Part shown: one piece after another, positions 1-8,626 of the stretch | Numbering within the stretch: position 1 is the first letter of the stretch | How the letters are laid out: each line of letters begins with the position of its first letter | Source of the DNA: Spirochaetia bacterium | GTDB lineage: Bacteria; Spirochaetota; Spirochaetia; SZUA-6; Bin103 | DNA: 64,000 nucleotides | Assembly: GCA_965203055.1 (NCBI GenBank) | Contig: OZ241863.1 | Coordinates: forward strand, 4,224,001-4,288,000 | Direction of reading: 5' to 3' | Program-made: the position numbers and the translations under genes | The notes under the pieces: model-generated | What the model saw: the letters and a program-made list of their open reading frames with translations, nothing else | Told to the model about the DNA's origin: nothing | Database searches by the model: none

Positions 1-1052
1 GGGCTGAGCGCGACGGTGCGGAAGTTCTGGGCGCTGGTGAGCAGCACTCCCCAGCTCACCACCGGCGGCTTGAGCCCCAGGCCGATGAAGCTGAGCGCGG
101 TCTCGCCGAGGATCATGTTGGGCACCGCCAGGGTGAGGTGCACGATCAGGTAGCTCAGGAACGACGGCAGCAGATGGCGGCGGATCACCGCGCCGGCGCT
201 GGCGCCGCTCACCCGCGCCGCCACCACGAAGTCGCCGCCGCGCAGTTCCAGCAGCTTGCCGCGCACCACCCGCGCCAATCCGGTCCAGCCGAGAATCGAC
301 AGGATGATCGTGATCCCGAAGTACACCCGCAGCGCGGGCCACTTCGGCGGCAGCGCCGCGGTCAGGCCCATCCACAACGGCAGCGTCGGAATGCTGATCA
401 GAAACTCGATGACGCGCTGGATCACGGTGTCCACCGCCCCGCCCAGGTAGCCGGAGATGCCGCCGATCACCACCCCCAGCACGAAGCTGATGGTGACGCC
501 GAGCAGCCCCACGGACAGCGACACCCGCCCGGCGTAGAGCACCCGCGAGAACAGGTCGCGGCCCAGCTCGTCGGTCCCGAACAGATACAGCGTGGCGGGC
601 GGCAGCACGCCGAACAGGTGCAGGTCGGTGCGGATGAAGCCGAGGAACTTGTAGGGGTCGGTGCGCACGAAGAAGCGGATGCGGTGCGGGTCGCTGCGGT
701 TCTCGGTGTAGATGCGCAGCAGGGTCTCCGGGTCGCGGGTCCGATCCAGCGAGTAGACGAACGGTCCGATCAGCCGGCCGGCGTGGAACAGGCGCACCCG
801 TTGCGGGGGGGCGAGCAGGAACGCGGCGTCGCGGGTGGCTTTTTCATACGGGCTCAGGAAGCCGGCCACCGCGGTGGTCAGGTACAGGAACAGCAGCACC
901 CCGCCGCCGGCCAGGGCCATGCGGTGGCGGCGGAACTTGCGCCACATCAACTGCCACTGCGACGCGACGTAGTAGCGTTCCTCCTCGGCGGACTCCCGGG
1001 CCGAGGCGCCGCCGGCACCGCCTACGCCCGCAACGGGTTGCGCGCTGCTCAT
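1..1052 (-). CDS. ABC peptide/oligosaccharide transporter permease (OppC/DppC), truncated by window edge
   Basis: Manual minus-strand translation from ATG 1052 (ATGA overlap with upstream permease): SQWQLMWRKFRRH, FGTDELGRDLFSR, EAA-like DFVVAARVSGAS, GETALSFIGLG. Confidence 0.93.
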   Translation of the reverse strand, partial: MSSAQPVAGVGGAGGASARESAEEERYYVASQWQLMWRKFRRHRMALAGGGVLLFLYLTTAVAGFLSPYEKATRDAAFLLAPPQRVRLFHAGRLIGPFVYSLDRTRDPETLLRIYTENRSDPHRIRFFVRTDPYKFLGFIRTDLHLFGVLPPATLYLFGTDELGRDLFSRVLYAGRVSLSVGLLGVTISFVLGVVIGGISGYLGGAVDTVIQRVIEFLISIPTLPLWMGLTAALPPKWPALRVYFGITIILSILGWTGLARVVRGKLLELRGGDFVVAARVSGASAGAVIRRHLLPSFLSYLIVHLTLAVPNMILGETALSFIGLGLKPPVVSWGVLLTSAQNFRTVALS

Positions 1053-2050
1053 GCCGCGGCGCGCTCGAAGCGGATGCGCGGGTCCACCCACACCAGCGCC
1101 AGGTCGGAGAGAAAGGTGCCGAACACCGTCAGCGCGCCCAGGAACAGCACGGTGCTGCCGGCCAGGAAGGTGTCCTGGAACAGCAGCGCCTGCAGCAGCA
1201 TCGGCCCGGTGGTGGGCAGGTTGAGCACGATGGCGGTGATCGCCTCGCCGGAGACGATGGCCGGCAGCAGCCAGCCCACGGTGCTGATCAGCGGGTTGAT
1301 GGCGATGCGCACCGGGTAGCGGAACAGCAGCCGCCGCTCGCCGACCCCCTTGGCGCGCGCGGTGATCACGTACTGCCGGCCGAGCTCGTCCAGCAGCGTG
1401 CCGCGCATCACCCGGATCAGCCCCGCGGTGCCGGCGGTCCCGATCACCAGCAACGGTACCGGCAGGTGCTTCACGGCGTCCCACAGCTTCGCCCACGACC
1501 AGGGCGCCAGCCGGTACTCGGTCGAGAACAGCCCGCCAATGGAAACGTCGAAGTAGCGGAACCCGAGCCACATCAGCACCAGCGCCAGCGCGAAGTTGGG
1601 GGTGGCTAGCCCCATGAAGCCTATCCCGCTGAACAGGTGGTCGGCCCACGAGTATTGATGGGTGGCGGAGTAGATGCCGATCGGCACCGCGATCACGTAG
1701 GTCACCAGCAGGGTCAGGAACGAAATGAACATGGTCAGCGGCACCCGCTCGGCGAGCAGTTCCGCGGTGGGCTTGTTGAACGCGAACGAGCGCCCGAAGT
1801 CGCCGCGCAGCACGATCTTGCCGATCCAGGAGAAGTAGCGCGGCACCAGCGGCTGGTCCAGCCCGTACAGCCGCTTGAGGTTGGCGACCTCCGCCGCCTC
1901 CAGCTCCTCGCCGGTTTCCTGCACGATCCTGAGGATCATGGTGTCGACGAAGTCGCCCGGCGGGAGCTGGATCACCACGAACGCCACCACCGAGATCGCC
2001 CACAGCGAGACGATCATGTAGAGGGTACGGCGGAGAATGAGCTGCCCCAT
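1049..2050 (-). CDS. ABC transporter permease (OppB/DppB)
   Basis: IQLPPGD, RGDFGRSF, YVITARAKGVGE EAA loop, DPRIR C-terminus. Confidence 0.95.
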   Translation of the reverse strand: MGQLILRRTLYMIVSLWAISVVAFVVIQLPPGDFVDTMILRIVQETGEELEAAEVANLKRLYGLDQPLVPRYFSWIGKIVLRGDFGRSFAFNKPTAELLAERVPLTMFISFLTLLVTYVIAVPIGIYSATHQYSWADHLFSGIGFMGLATPNFALALVLMWLGFRYFDVSIGGLFSTEYRLAPWSWAKLWDAVKHLPVPLLVIGTAGTAGLIRVMRGTLLDELGRQYVITARAKGVGERRLLFRYPVRIAINPLISTVGWLLPAIVSGEAITAIVLNLPTTGPMLLQALLFQDTFLAGSTVLFLGALTVFGTFLSDLALVWVDPRIRFERAAA

Positions 2051-2062
2051 GCGGCGGTCTCT

Positions 2063-2113
2063 ACGGCCGCCGGGCCGCGCAACTCGCCGCGAGCTGCCGG
2101 TCCGGGCGGCCGT
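2063..2113. other. Long intercistronic stem-loop between solute-binding gene and permease
   Basis: ACGGCCGCC...GGCGGCCGT outer arms with further internal pairing; position typical of differential-stability hairpins. Confidence 0.55.
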
Positions 2114-2148
2114 TAATCATGCGCCGGCGCGGCTTGGCGCGCGCTCTC

Positions 2149-4212
2149 TCATTCCTGCGCCAGGTAGAACTGGGAGGGGTGCTGGGGGCCGGTCCAGGAG
2201 CCGATCGACCAGTCGTGGCCGCCCCGCTCCGGGAAGTTGCGCAGCTTGTTGCTGCGCGGCATCGGCAACGGCACCTCGCCGACCGTCCCGATTACCCACA
2301 GGTTGTCCGCCTGCGAGGCGAGGATCTCCTTGCCCAGGCCGATCTTCTCGTCGAGGTCGAGGGTCGCGGTCATCCGTTCCCAGCGGTCGAGGTTGCGCTT
2401 GACCTCGGCGGGCGGTTCGATGCCGCTCTCGCCGCCGGTCACGTACCACAGCGCCCACTGGTTGCCCCACGGGTTTTCCCAGCCCTGGCGCTGCGGGAGG
2501 AAGAACAGCGGCGACGCCGCGAACGCCTCCGAGCGGGCGTTGAACCCCGCCGAGCCGCCGTAGAGCTGCATCTGGTTGGTCGTGGAGCGCTCCTGACTCT
2601 GCTGGTAGGAGAAGCTCTTCATGGTCACTTCCATGCCGATCTCCTTCCACTGCTCCACCGCCAGCTCGTGAATCGGCAATACCGCGCTGCCGGTATCCAT
2701 GACCACCGAGAAGCGGTTGCCGTCGGGCAGCAGGCGCCACTCGCGGTTGGCGTCCCAGGTCAGCCCCAGCTCGTCGAGGAGCTGATTGGCGCGCGCCAGG
2801 TCGTGCTCGGCGTAGGCCTCGGCGAAGCGCGGCTCGAAGTAGATCGACTCCTTGATCAGCGTATGCTGCCGCGGCGTGCCCAGGCCCTGGAACACCACCT
2901 CGTTGATCTCGTCGCGGTCCAGCGCCAGCGACAGGGCGTGCGAAAAGCGGCTGTCGGAGAAGATTGGCAGCAGCACCGGATCGTCGACCGTGCGGTTGGC
3001 CTGGAACAGCGTCGCCGAGCCCTCCAGGCTGGGCCACAGCTCGACGGTATAGCCGCCCGCCTCCTCGTTCTGCTTCAGCAGCGGGTAGTCGCTCAGGGGC
3101 GCGTACCAGCCGATCGAGATGGTCATCTCGCCGGCGATGATCTTGCCGGCGAACACCTGCAGGTCCTGCAGCAGCTCGACGTTGATGCCATCCATGTAGG
3201 GTAGCTGATTACCCTCCACGTCGATCTTCCAGTAGTAGGGGTTGCGCTCCCAGCGCGCCAGGTCGGTGCCGATCTCGGCCAGCCGGTAGGCGGTGAGCAT
3301 GGGCCGTTCGGTATTGAACTTGGGCAGCTCGCTCCAGGAGTTGTTCAGGTCGCTGAAGTGTTGGACCCAGTTCTCGAAGCCCGCTTCCTTGGCCAGCGCC
3401 TCCGCCTTCTCCGCGCCCACGTAGGTGGGGTGAAACTGGCTGAAGTAGTGCTTGGCGTGCTTGATCGGCGTCACCCCGCGGTTGGGATGGGGCAGCCACT
3501 CGACCACCACCGGATAGGGCACGGCGAACGCAAACTGAAAGGTGTGGTCGTCGAGGAAGTTCATCTTCATCAGCTCGCCGCCGGGCTGCAGGAAGCGGGC
3601 CGGATTCGGGGTGAGCTCCTCGTTGAGGATGATGTCTTCATACCAGAACCGGATGTCGGCGGTGGTGAACGGTTCGCCGGTGGACCACTTGATGCCCTCG
3701 CGCAGCTTCACGGTGAGCACCCGGGCGTCGGCCGACAACTCATGGCCGGTGGCGACGTTGGGCGCCTGGGTCGAGAGGTCGCCGGCGATGCGGTTCAACT
3801 GTTCGATGCCGATCAGCAGGTGAGCGTCGCCCCAGTGGCCGGTGCCGTCGCGGCCCATGAAGGCGTAGCCGCCGTACTGGCCGATCTCCTGATAGGGCAC
3901 GACCACGTACGGGTCGTCGGGCAGGCGCTCCTCGACCGGCGGCAGGTCGCCGGCGGCCACCATCTCGGCCAGCATCGGCGCCTCGCCGAACGAGGTGATA
4001 GTGTTGCCGGTGGCCGCGGTGTAGTCGGCGACGTGGTTGTAGTAGCGGAGGTCGTTCCACTCATGGTCGAAGGTGGTGCGCTCCATCTCCATTTCCATGG
4101 CGCCCGCGGCGGCGCCGGTATCCGCCTCGCCGCCGGCGAACGCCGCGGCCGGAGCCAGCAGCGCCGCCGCCAGCGCTCCAAGCAATCGGTGGTGCAGTCT
4201 CAAACTCATCAA
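2149..4212 (-). CDS. ABC transporter substrate-binding protein, family 5
   Basis: Signal peptide ending AFAGGEA, LPPVEERLP, LREGIKWSTGEPFTTAD, ERNPYYWKID, NQLPY. Confidence 0.95.
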   Translation of the reverse strand: MMSLRLHHRLLGALAAALLAPAAAFAGGEADTGAAAGAMEMEMERTTFDHEWNDLRYYNHVADYTAATGNTITSFGEAPMLAEMVAAGDLPPVEERLPDDPYVVVPYQEIGQYGGYAFMGRDGTGHWGDAHLLIGIEQLNRIAGDLSTQAPNVATGHELSADARVLTVKLREGIKWSTGEPFTTADIRFWYEDIILNEELTPNPARFLQPGGELMKMNFLDDHTFQFAFAVPYPVVVEWLPHPNRGVTPIKHAKHYFSQFHPTYVGAEKAEALAKEAGFENWVQHFSDLNNSWSELPKFNTERPMLTAYRLAEIGTDLARWERNPYYWKIDVEGNQLPYMDGINVELLQDLQVFAGKIIAGEMTISIGWYAPLSDYPLLKQNEEAGGYTVELWPSLEGSATLFQANRTVDDPVLLPIFSDSRFSHALSLALDRDEINEVVFQGLGTPRQHTLIKESIYFEPRFAEAYAEHDLARANQLLDELGLTWDANREWRLLPDGNRFSVVMDTGSAVLPIHELAVEQWKEIGMEVTMKSFSYQQSQERSTTNQMQLYGGSAGFNARSEAFAASPLFFLPQRQGWENPWGNQWALWYVTGGESGIEPPAEVKRNLDRWERMTATLDLDEKIGLGKEILASQADNLWVIGTVGEVPLPMPRSNKLRNFPERGGHDWSIGSWTGPQHPSQFYLAQE

Positions 4213-4250
4213 GATTTCTGCTCTCCTTTCAAGGTAAGGTGTCGCCGGTC

Positions 4251-4279
4251 ACTATGTTACGCCCCCGCCCCGCCGTCAA
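4251..4279 (-). promoter_or_regulatory. Putative sigma70 promoter of ABC operon
   Basis: TTGACG-N17-CATAGT, then AAGGAG RBS. Confidence 0.5.
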
Positions 4280-4293
4280 GCGCGCGGCCTAGG

Positions 4294-4713
4294 CTAGGCG
4301 CCACCGCGTGAACACGCTGCGGTAACTGCCTCGTACACCAAGCGCGCATCGGCCCGGGCCTGCCGCGCATCCTCGCGCCGATAGAACTGACTTGGCGTGA
4401 GATCCTCGCTGCCGTAGAATGCGAGTTCGCGGTCTCGGCGCAGTGCCCGTGAGATACGCGTGAGCTCTCCCAGGCGCGGGAGCACGCCGGCCGGCAGGCG
4501 GTCCCTGTTGTCTTCGAGCACTCCCGCTACGTCATGAATCCGCGGCACTTCGATACGCGCGTGTCTCAGCAGCGCCTTGAGACAGAGCTCCACCACCTCC
4601 TGCGATTCGCGTACCACGTCCGCCCAGCTCTCCTCGTCCAGCAGCACGGCCAGGGCCTTGAGTCTGCTCCCGGCCCGCCGCAGATAGTCGGCTGCCAAGT
4701 CAGGATTGTGCAT
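4294..4713 (-). CDS. HEPN domain protein (putative toxin)
   Basis: 139 aa from MHNPDLAADY; VVRESQEVVELCLKALL, PRIHDV, RDRELAFYG; overlaps MNT gene. Confidence 0.88.
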   Translation of the reverse strand: MHNPDLAADYLRRAGSRLKALAVLLDEESWADVVRESQEVVELCLKALLRHARIEVPRIHDVAGVLEDNRDRLPAGVLPRLGELTRISRALRRDRELAFYGSEDLTPSQFYRREDARQARADARLVYEAVTAACSRGGA

Positions 4714-5311
4714 CGCAGTCCTGATAGGTCCAGTAGGGCTGGCCGTGAGCGTAGCGGCGCCTGATCGCGCCTTCCGCCATACGCTCCCGCGCGCTTCCGA
4801 GCCAACGGGCGAGGGCCCATGTTCGCTGCCACAGGATGGTGCCGTGCAGCGCCACTTCGAGCCACAGTGAGCCGCCGCCGGCGGCGGTTCCGGCGCGGTT
4901 GCCGGGCAGGTGAGCGAAGTGAGGATTGACGGACGAACCGAGCGCCCGAATCGCAGCATCATCGGCCACGGTCTCGTCCCATATCCGATACAGCGAACGG
5001 GTGACCGGAACTTTCTTGTCGACCACGATGAGCAGATCGACATCCGACCACGCACCCGCGTCGCCGCGCGCGCACGAGCCAAACAGCGCCACTGCCTCCA
5101 CGTGCAACCCGAATCCTGCAACGATCACGTCGGCGGCGGCCGTGCCGGACGAGGTCGGGGCCGGGGCGGGGGCGTGCATCGCCCGCTCCAATGCGGCGCG
5201 GCAGAATTCGTTCAGAGAACTGCCGGAACGGACGGCCTGGTCGCGCAGCTTGCGGTGCAGGTCAGGCGTAACCCGTAGCAGAAAACGACCGGACGGTACG
5301 CGCGTGTTCAT
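4700..5311 (-). CDS. HicB/Arc-like RHH domain fused to minimal nucleotidyltransferase (MNT)
   Basis: N-term SGRFLLRVTPDLHRKL...SLNEFC; C-term LFGSCARGD..SDVDLLIV (GS-x10-DxD). Confidence 0.88.
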   Translation of the reverse strand: MNTRVPSGRFLLRVTPDLHRKLRDQAVRSGSSLNEFCRAALERAMHAPAPAPTSSGTAAADVIVAGFGLHVEAVALFGSCARGDAGAWSDVDLLIVVDKKVPVTRSLYRIWDETVADDAAIRALGSSVNPHFAHLPGNRAGTAAGGGSLWLEVALHGTILWQRTWALARWLGSARERMAEGAIRRRYAHGQPYWTYQDCDAQS

Positions 5312-5345
5312 AGTACCATGGTACTATATGACTTGAACCAAGTCA
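5310..5345 (-). promoter_or_regulatory. Operator palindromes over the promoter/start of the MNT-HEPN operon
   Basis: Perfect 18-bp palindrome ATAGTACCATGGTACTAT (5310-5327) and IR TGACTTG-AAC-CAAGTCA (5329-5345). Confidence 0.7.
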
Positions 5346-5380
5346 CCGGGCCAAGGGCACGCCGGCCGAGCGTTCCGGCT

Positions 5381-6637
5381 TCAGGTGGCGGTAATGATCT
5401 CTGCCGGGGTGGCATAGCCGGCGGTGACGTGGGCGGCCAGCCACTCCGGCGGGTCGTTGCGGGGCAGGGTCAGGGCCGGTTCTCCCTTGCAGCTCAGGCG
5501 GTAGAGCAGGCGCGCGTCATTGATCGAGTCGATGTTCGCCTTGAGCAGCGGCGTGTTGTGCAGCGTCATGTAGTTGTCCCACAGCGTCACGTCGCCGGGC
5601 CGGTGCAGGTGGTCGTAGCGGAACTGCGGCTGCAGTACGTGCGCTTCCAACTCGTCGAGGAAGGCGCGCGACTCCGCGGCGCTCATGCCGTCGACCTCGA
5701 CCGGCGGCCGGACGCCGGGCCGGGAAGCCCAGATCGGGCTGTGCAGCGACTTGATCCCGGAGCGCGGGTTGGTGCGCACCAGCGGCGCCAGCCAGCCGGC
5801 GTCGCCGTCGTTCAGCCGGCGCCGGACCCGGACCTGTTCCAGCCGCGCTTGGCGCGCCGGCGGCAGCGCGGCGAACGCCGCGGCGGTGTCCGCGAACGCG
5901 GTCTCGCCATTCAACGGGAGCGCCTTGCGCAGCCGCATCAATTCCACCCCGGAGCCCTCGAAGTAGGGGGTTGCCGGCGCCGCGGCGAGGTCCGGCCGCG
6001 CCACCCAGGTGCCGCCGGGCGCGTCCCGCCGCCGCGGCAGGTGGTGGGCGAAAAACATCGATACGTAGATCGGCAGCGGTTCGTATTCGATGTCGGTATG
6101 CCAGGAACCGCCCAGGGAAGTAGTCGCGGCGGCGTGGCGCGCGGCGCCGTTGCCCCGGAAGTTGGCCACCACCAGCACCGCGGGCGACTCGTGCGGCAGG
6201 CACCGCAGCCGGCCGGGAAACGCCGCGTTCACCGCCGCCGCCGGCCGTTGGCGGAACGGCATCACCTCGATGGCGCCGTCGCTGGCGCCGTCGGACTGCG
6301 CCGGCTTGCCGCCGCGCAGGAAGTTGCTGGGATGCGGCACCGGCGCGCCCCAGTGATTGGCGAAGCGCTCGAAGTCGGCCAGCGAAAACGACTCCAGGTC
6401 CTGACCCGGAAGGCACACGATGCGGAACCGGCTCAGCGCGTCCAGCAGCAAGGCGACCTGCTCCGGCGCGAGCCGCGCCCGCAGATCGACCCCGAGCAGC
6501 CGCCGTCCGGCGCCGCCGGCGGCCAGCGGTCCCTCGCTGCGCGCCTGCGGCCCGAACAGCCGGCGCAGATCCCGGTCGAAGCGCCGCTGGTCCGGGCTCA
6601 TCGCCGGCTCCGGCGCAACGTTTGGTACGGTGTTCAT
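5381..6637 (-). CDS. TauD/TfdA family Fe(II)/2-oxoglutarate dioxygenase
   Basis: WHTD, GETAFAD, PLVRTNP, GDVTLWDNYMTLH; GGAGGG RBS before ATG 6637. Confidence 0.9.
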   Translation of the reverse strand: MNTVPNVAPEPAMSPDQRRFDRDLRRLFGPQARSEGPLAAGGAGRRLLGVDLRARLAPEQVALLLDALSRFRIVCLPGQDLESFSLADFERFANHWGAPVPHPSNFLRGGKPAQSDGASDGAIEVMPFRQRPAAAVNAAFPGRLRCLPHESPAVLVVANFRGNGAARHAAATTSLGGSWHTDIEYEPLPIYVSMFFAHHLPRRRDAPGGTWVARPDLAAAPATPYFEGSGVELMRLRKALPLNGETAFADTAAAFAALPPARQARLEQVRVRRRLNDGDAGWLAPLVRTNPRSGIKSLHSPIWASRPGVRPPVEVDGMSAAESRAFLDELEAHVLQPQFRYDHLHRPGDVTLWDNYMTLHNTPLLKANIDSINDARLLYRLSCKGEPALTLPRNDPPEWLAAHVTAGYATPAEIITAT

Positions 6638-6775
6638 GCTCCCTCCAGGTTGCGACAACCGTAGCGCCGCCGGCGCTACGCGGTCAAATTCGTTCCCCGG
6701 GCAGGCAGGCGCGGCGCGCGCTGCGCGACGCCGGCGCCGCGCGCGTGATAGGGTCCGGGCAGGAGCACCAAGAGA

Positions 6776-8542
6776 ATGGCCAGAGCGCGACCCAACTTCG
6801 TCTTCGTCCTCACCGACGACCAGGGCTACGGCGACCTGGGCTGCCACGGCAACAGTGTCATTCGCACCCCCAACCTGGACCGGTTTCACGGCGAGGCGGC
6901 GCGCTTCACCGACTTCCACGTCGGCACCACCTGCGCCCCGACGCGCGCCGGCCTGCTCACCGGTCATTTCTGCAACAGCGCCGGGGTGTGGCACACCATC
7001 GGCGGCCGCTCCCTGCTGCGGGAGGACGAGTGGACGCTGGCCGACGCCCTGCGCGGGGCGGGCTACCGGACCGCGCAGTTCGGCAAGTGGCACCTGGGCG
7101 ACAGCCAGCCGTTCCGCCCCCACGAGCGCGGCTTCGAGCACGCCGTCTACCACAACGGGGGCGGCATCGGCAACGTCGGCGATCCCTGGGGCAACGACTA
7201 CTTCGACGACACCTACTACGTGAACGGCGTCCCGCGCAAGTTCACCGGCTACTGCACCGACGTGTTCTTTGGCGAGGCCCTGCGCTTCATCGAAGAGCAT
7301 CGCGCGCAGCCGTTCTATTGCCATATCGCCACCAACGCCCCGCACGGCCCGCTCAACGTGGAGCCCCACTACGCGGCGAGCTACGCGGACTCCACCCCGC
7401 ACGAGGAGCGGGCGCGGTTCTACGGGATGATCACCAACATCGACGAGAACGTCGGGAGGTTGCTGCGGCGGTTGGACGAACTCGGACTGGCGGCCGACAC
7501 GATCGTGGTGTTCATGACCGACAACGGCACCGCCACCGGGGTGGAACCGGACGCGCAGGGCTTCCCGCGGGAGGGGCCCGGCAGCTTCAACGCCGGGATG
7601 CGCGGCAAGAAGGGTTCCCCCTACGAAGGGGGGCATCGCGTGCCGTTCTTCCTGCGCTACCCGGGCGGCGGCTTCGGCGGCGGCCGCGACGTGGAGCAGC
7701 TCACCAGCTACGTCGACTTCATGCCCACCATTCTGGATCTGTGCGGGGTTGCGCCGCCGGCGGAGCGTTCATTCCACGGCCGCAGCCTGGCGCCGCTGCT
7801 GCGCGGCGTGGATGACGGCACCTGGTCCGAGCGCACCATGGTGACCGACACGCAGCGCATCGCCCACCCCGCCAAGTGGCGCCTGAGCACGGTGATGCGC
7901 GGCCCGTGGCGCCTGGTGCACGGGCTGGAGTTGTACCACCTGGGACAGGATCCGGGCCAGCGGTGCGACGTTGCCGCCGACCATCCCGCGCTGGTGGCGG
8001 AGCTGCGCCGCGGCTACGAGGAGTGGTGGGAGCTGGTCTCCGAGCAGTTCGGGCGCGACGTGCCGATGGTGATCGGCGGCACCCCTGAGCCGGTGCGGCT
8101 TACCACTCACGACCTGCGCAACGAGGCCTGCAACGGCGCCTGGAACCAGCGCCAGGTGCGGGAGGGACACGTCGCCGGCGGCTATTGGGCGCTCGACGTG
8201 CGCCGCGCCGGCCGCTACCGCGTCGAGCTGCGGCGCTGGCCGGAGGAGGTCGGCTACGCCCTGGACGCCGGAATCGACGGCGACGACGTGGAGTGGCGCC
8301 GGGACGCCGTGCAGGAGCGCGACGCGCCGCACTACCGCGGCGGCGTGGCGCTGCCGATCGGCTGGGCGGTGCTCACGGTCGGCGGCCGGGACTATCACCT
8401 GGAGACCCCGTCGGGCGACGCCGCGGCGCGGTTCGAGGTGACCCTCCGGGCGGGCCCCACCCAGCTAGTCGCGGCCTTTCACGACCGGCAGGAGCGGACC
8501 ATCGCCTCCTACTACGTTACCGTCCGGCCGGCGGACGGCTGA
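6776..8542 (+). CDS. Arylsulfatase (Cys-type, S1 family)
   Basis: PNFVFVLTDDQGYGD, CAPTRAGLLTG, FGKWHLG, TDNG. Confidence 0.95.
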   Translation: MARARPNFVFVLTDDQGYGDLGCHGNSVIRTPNLDRFHGEAARFTDFHVGTTCAPTRAGLLTGHFCNSAGVWHTIGGRSLLREDEWTLADALRGAGYRTAQFGKWHLGDSQPFRPHERGFEHAVYHNGGGIGNVGDPWGNDYFDDTYYVNGVPRKFTGYCTDVFFGEALRFIEEHRAQPFYCHIATNAPHGPLNVEPHYAASYADSTPHEERARFYGMITNIDENVGRLLRRLDELGLAADTIVVFMTDNGTATGVEPDAQGFPREGPGSFNAGMRGKKGSPYEGGHRVPFFLRYPGGGFGGGRDVEQLTSYVDFMPTILDLCGVAPPAERSFHGRSLAPLLRGVDDGTWSERTMVTDTQRIAHPAKWRLSTVMRGPWRLVHGLELYHLGQDPGQRCDVAADHPALVAELRRGYEEWWELVSEQFGRDVPMVIGGTPEPVRLTTHDLRNEACNGAWNQRQVREGHVAGGYWALDVRRAGRYRVELRRWPEEVGYALDAGIDGDDVEWRRDAVQERDAPHYRGGVALPIGWAVLTVGGRDYHLETPSGDAAARFEVTLRAGPTQLVAAFHDRQERTIASYYVTVRPADG

Positions 8543-8626
8543 GCGCCGCCCGCAACGCCCGGAGCTGCGCCGCCGAGCAGCGCCGCGCTCTCCGGCAGAC
8601 CGCCCGGCGCCTACCGTGCGCCGGCG

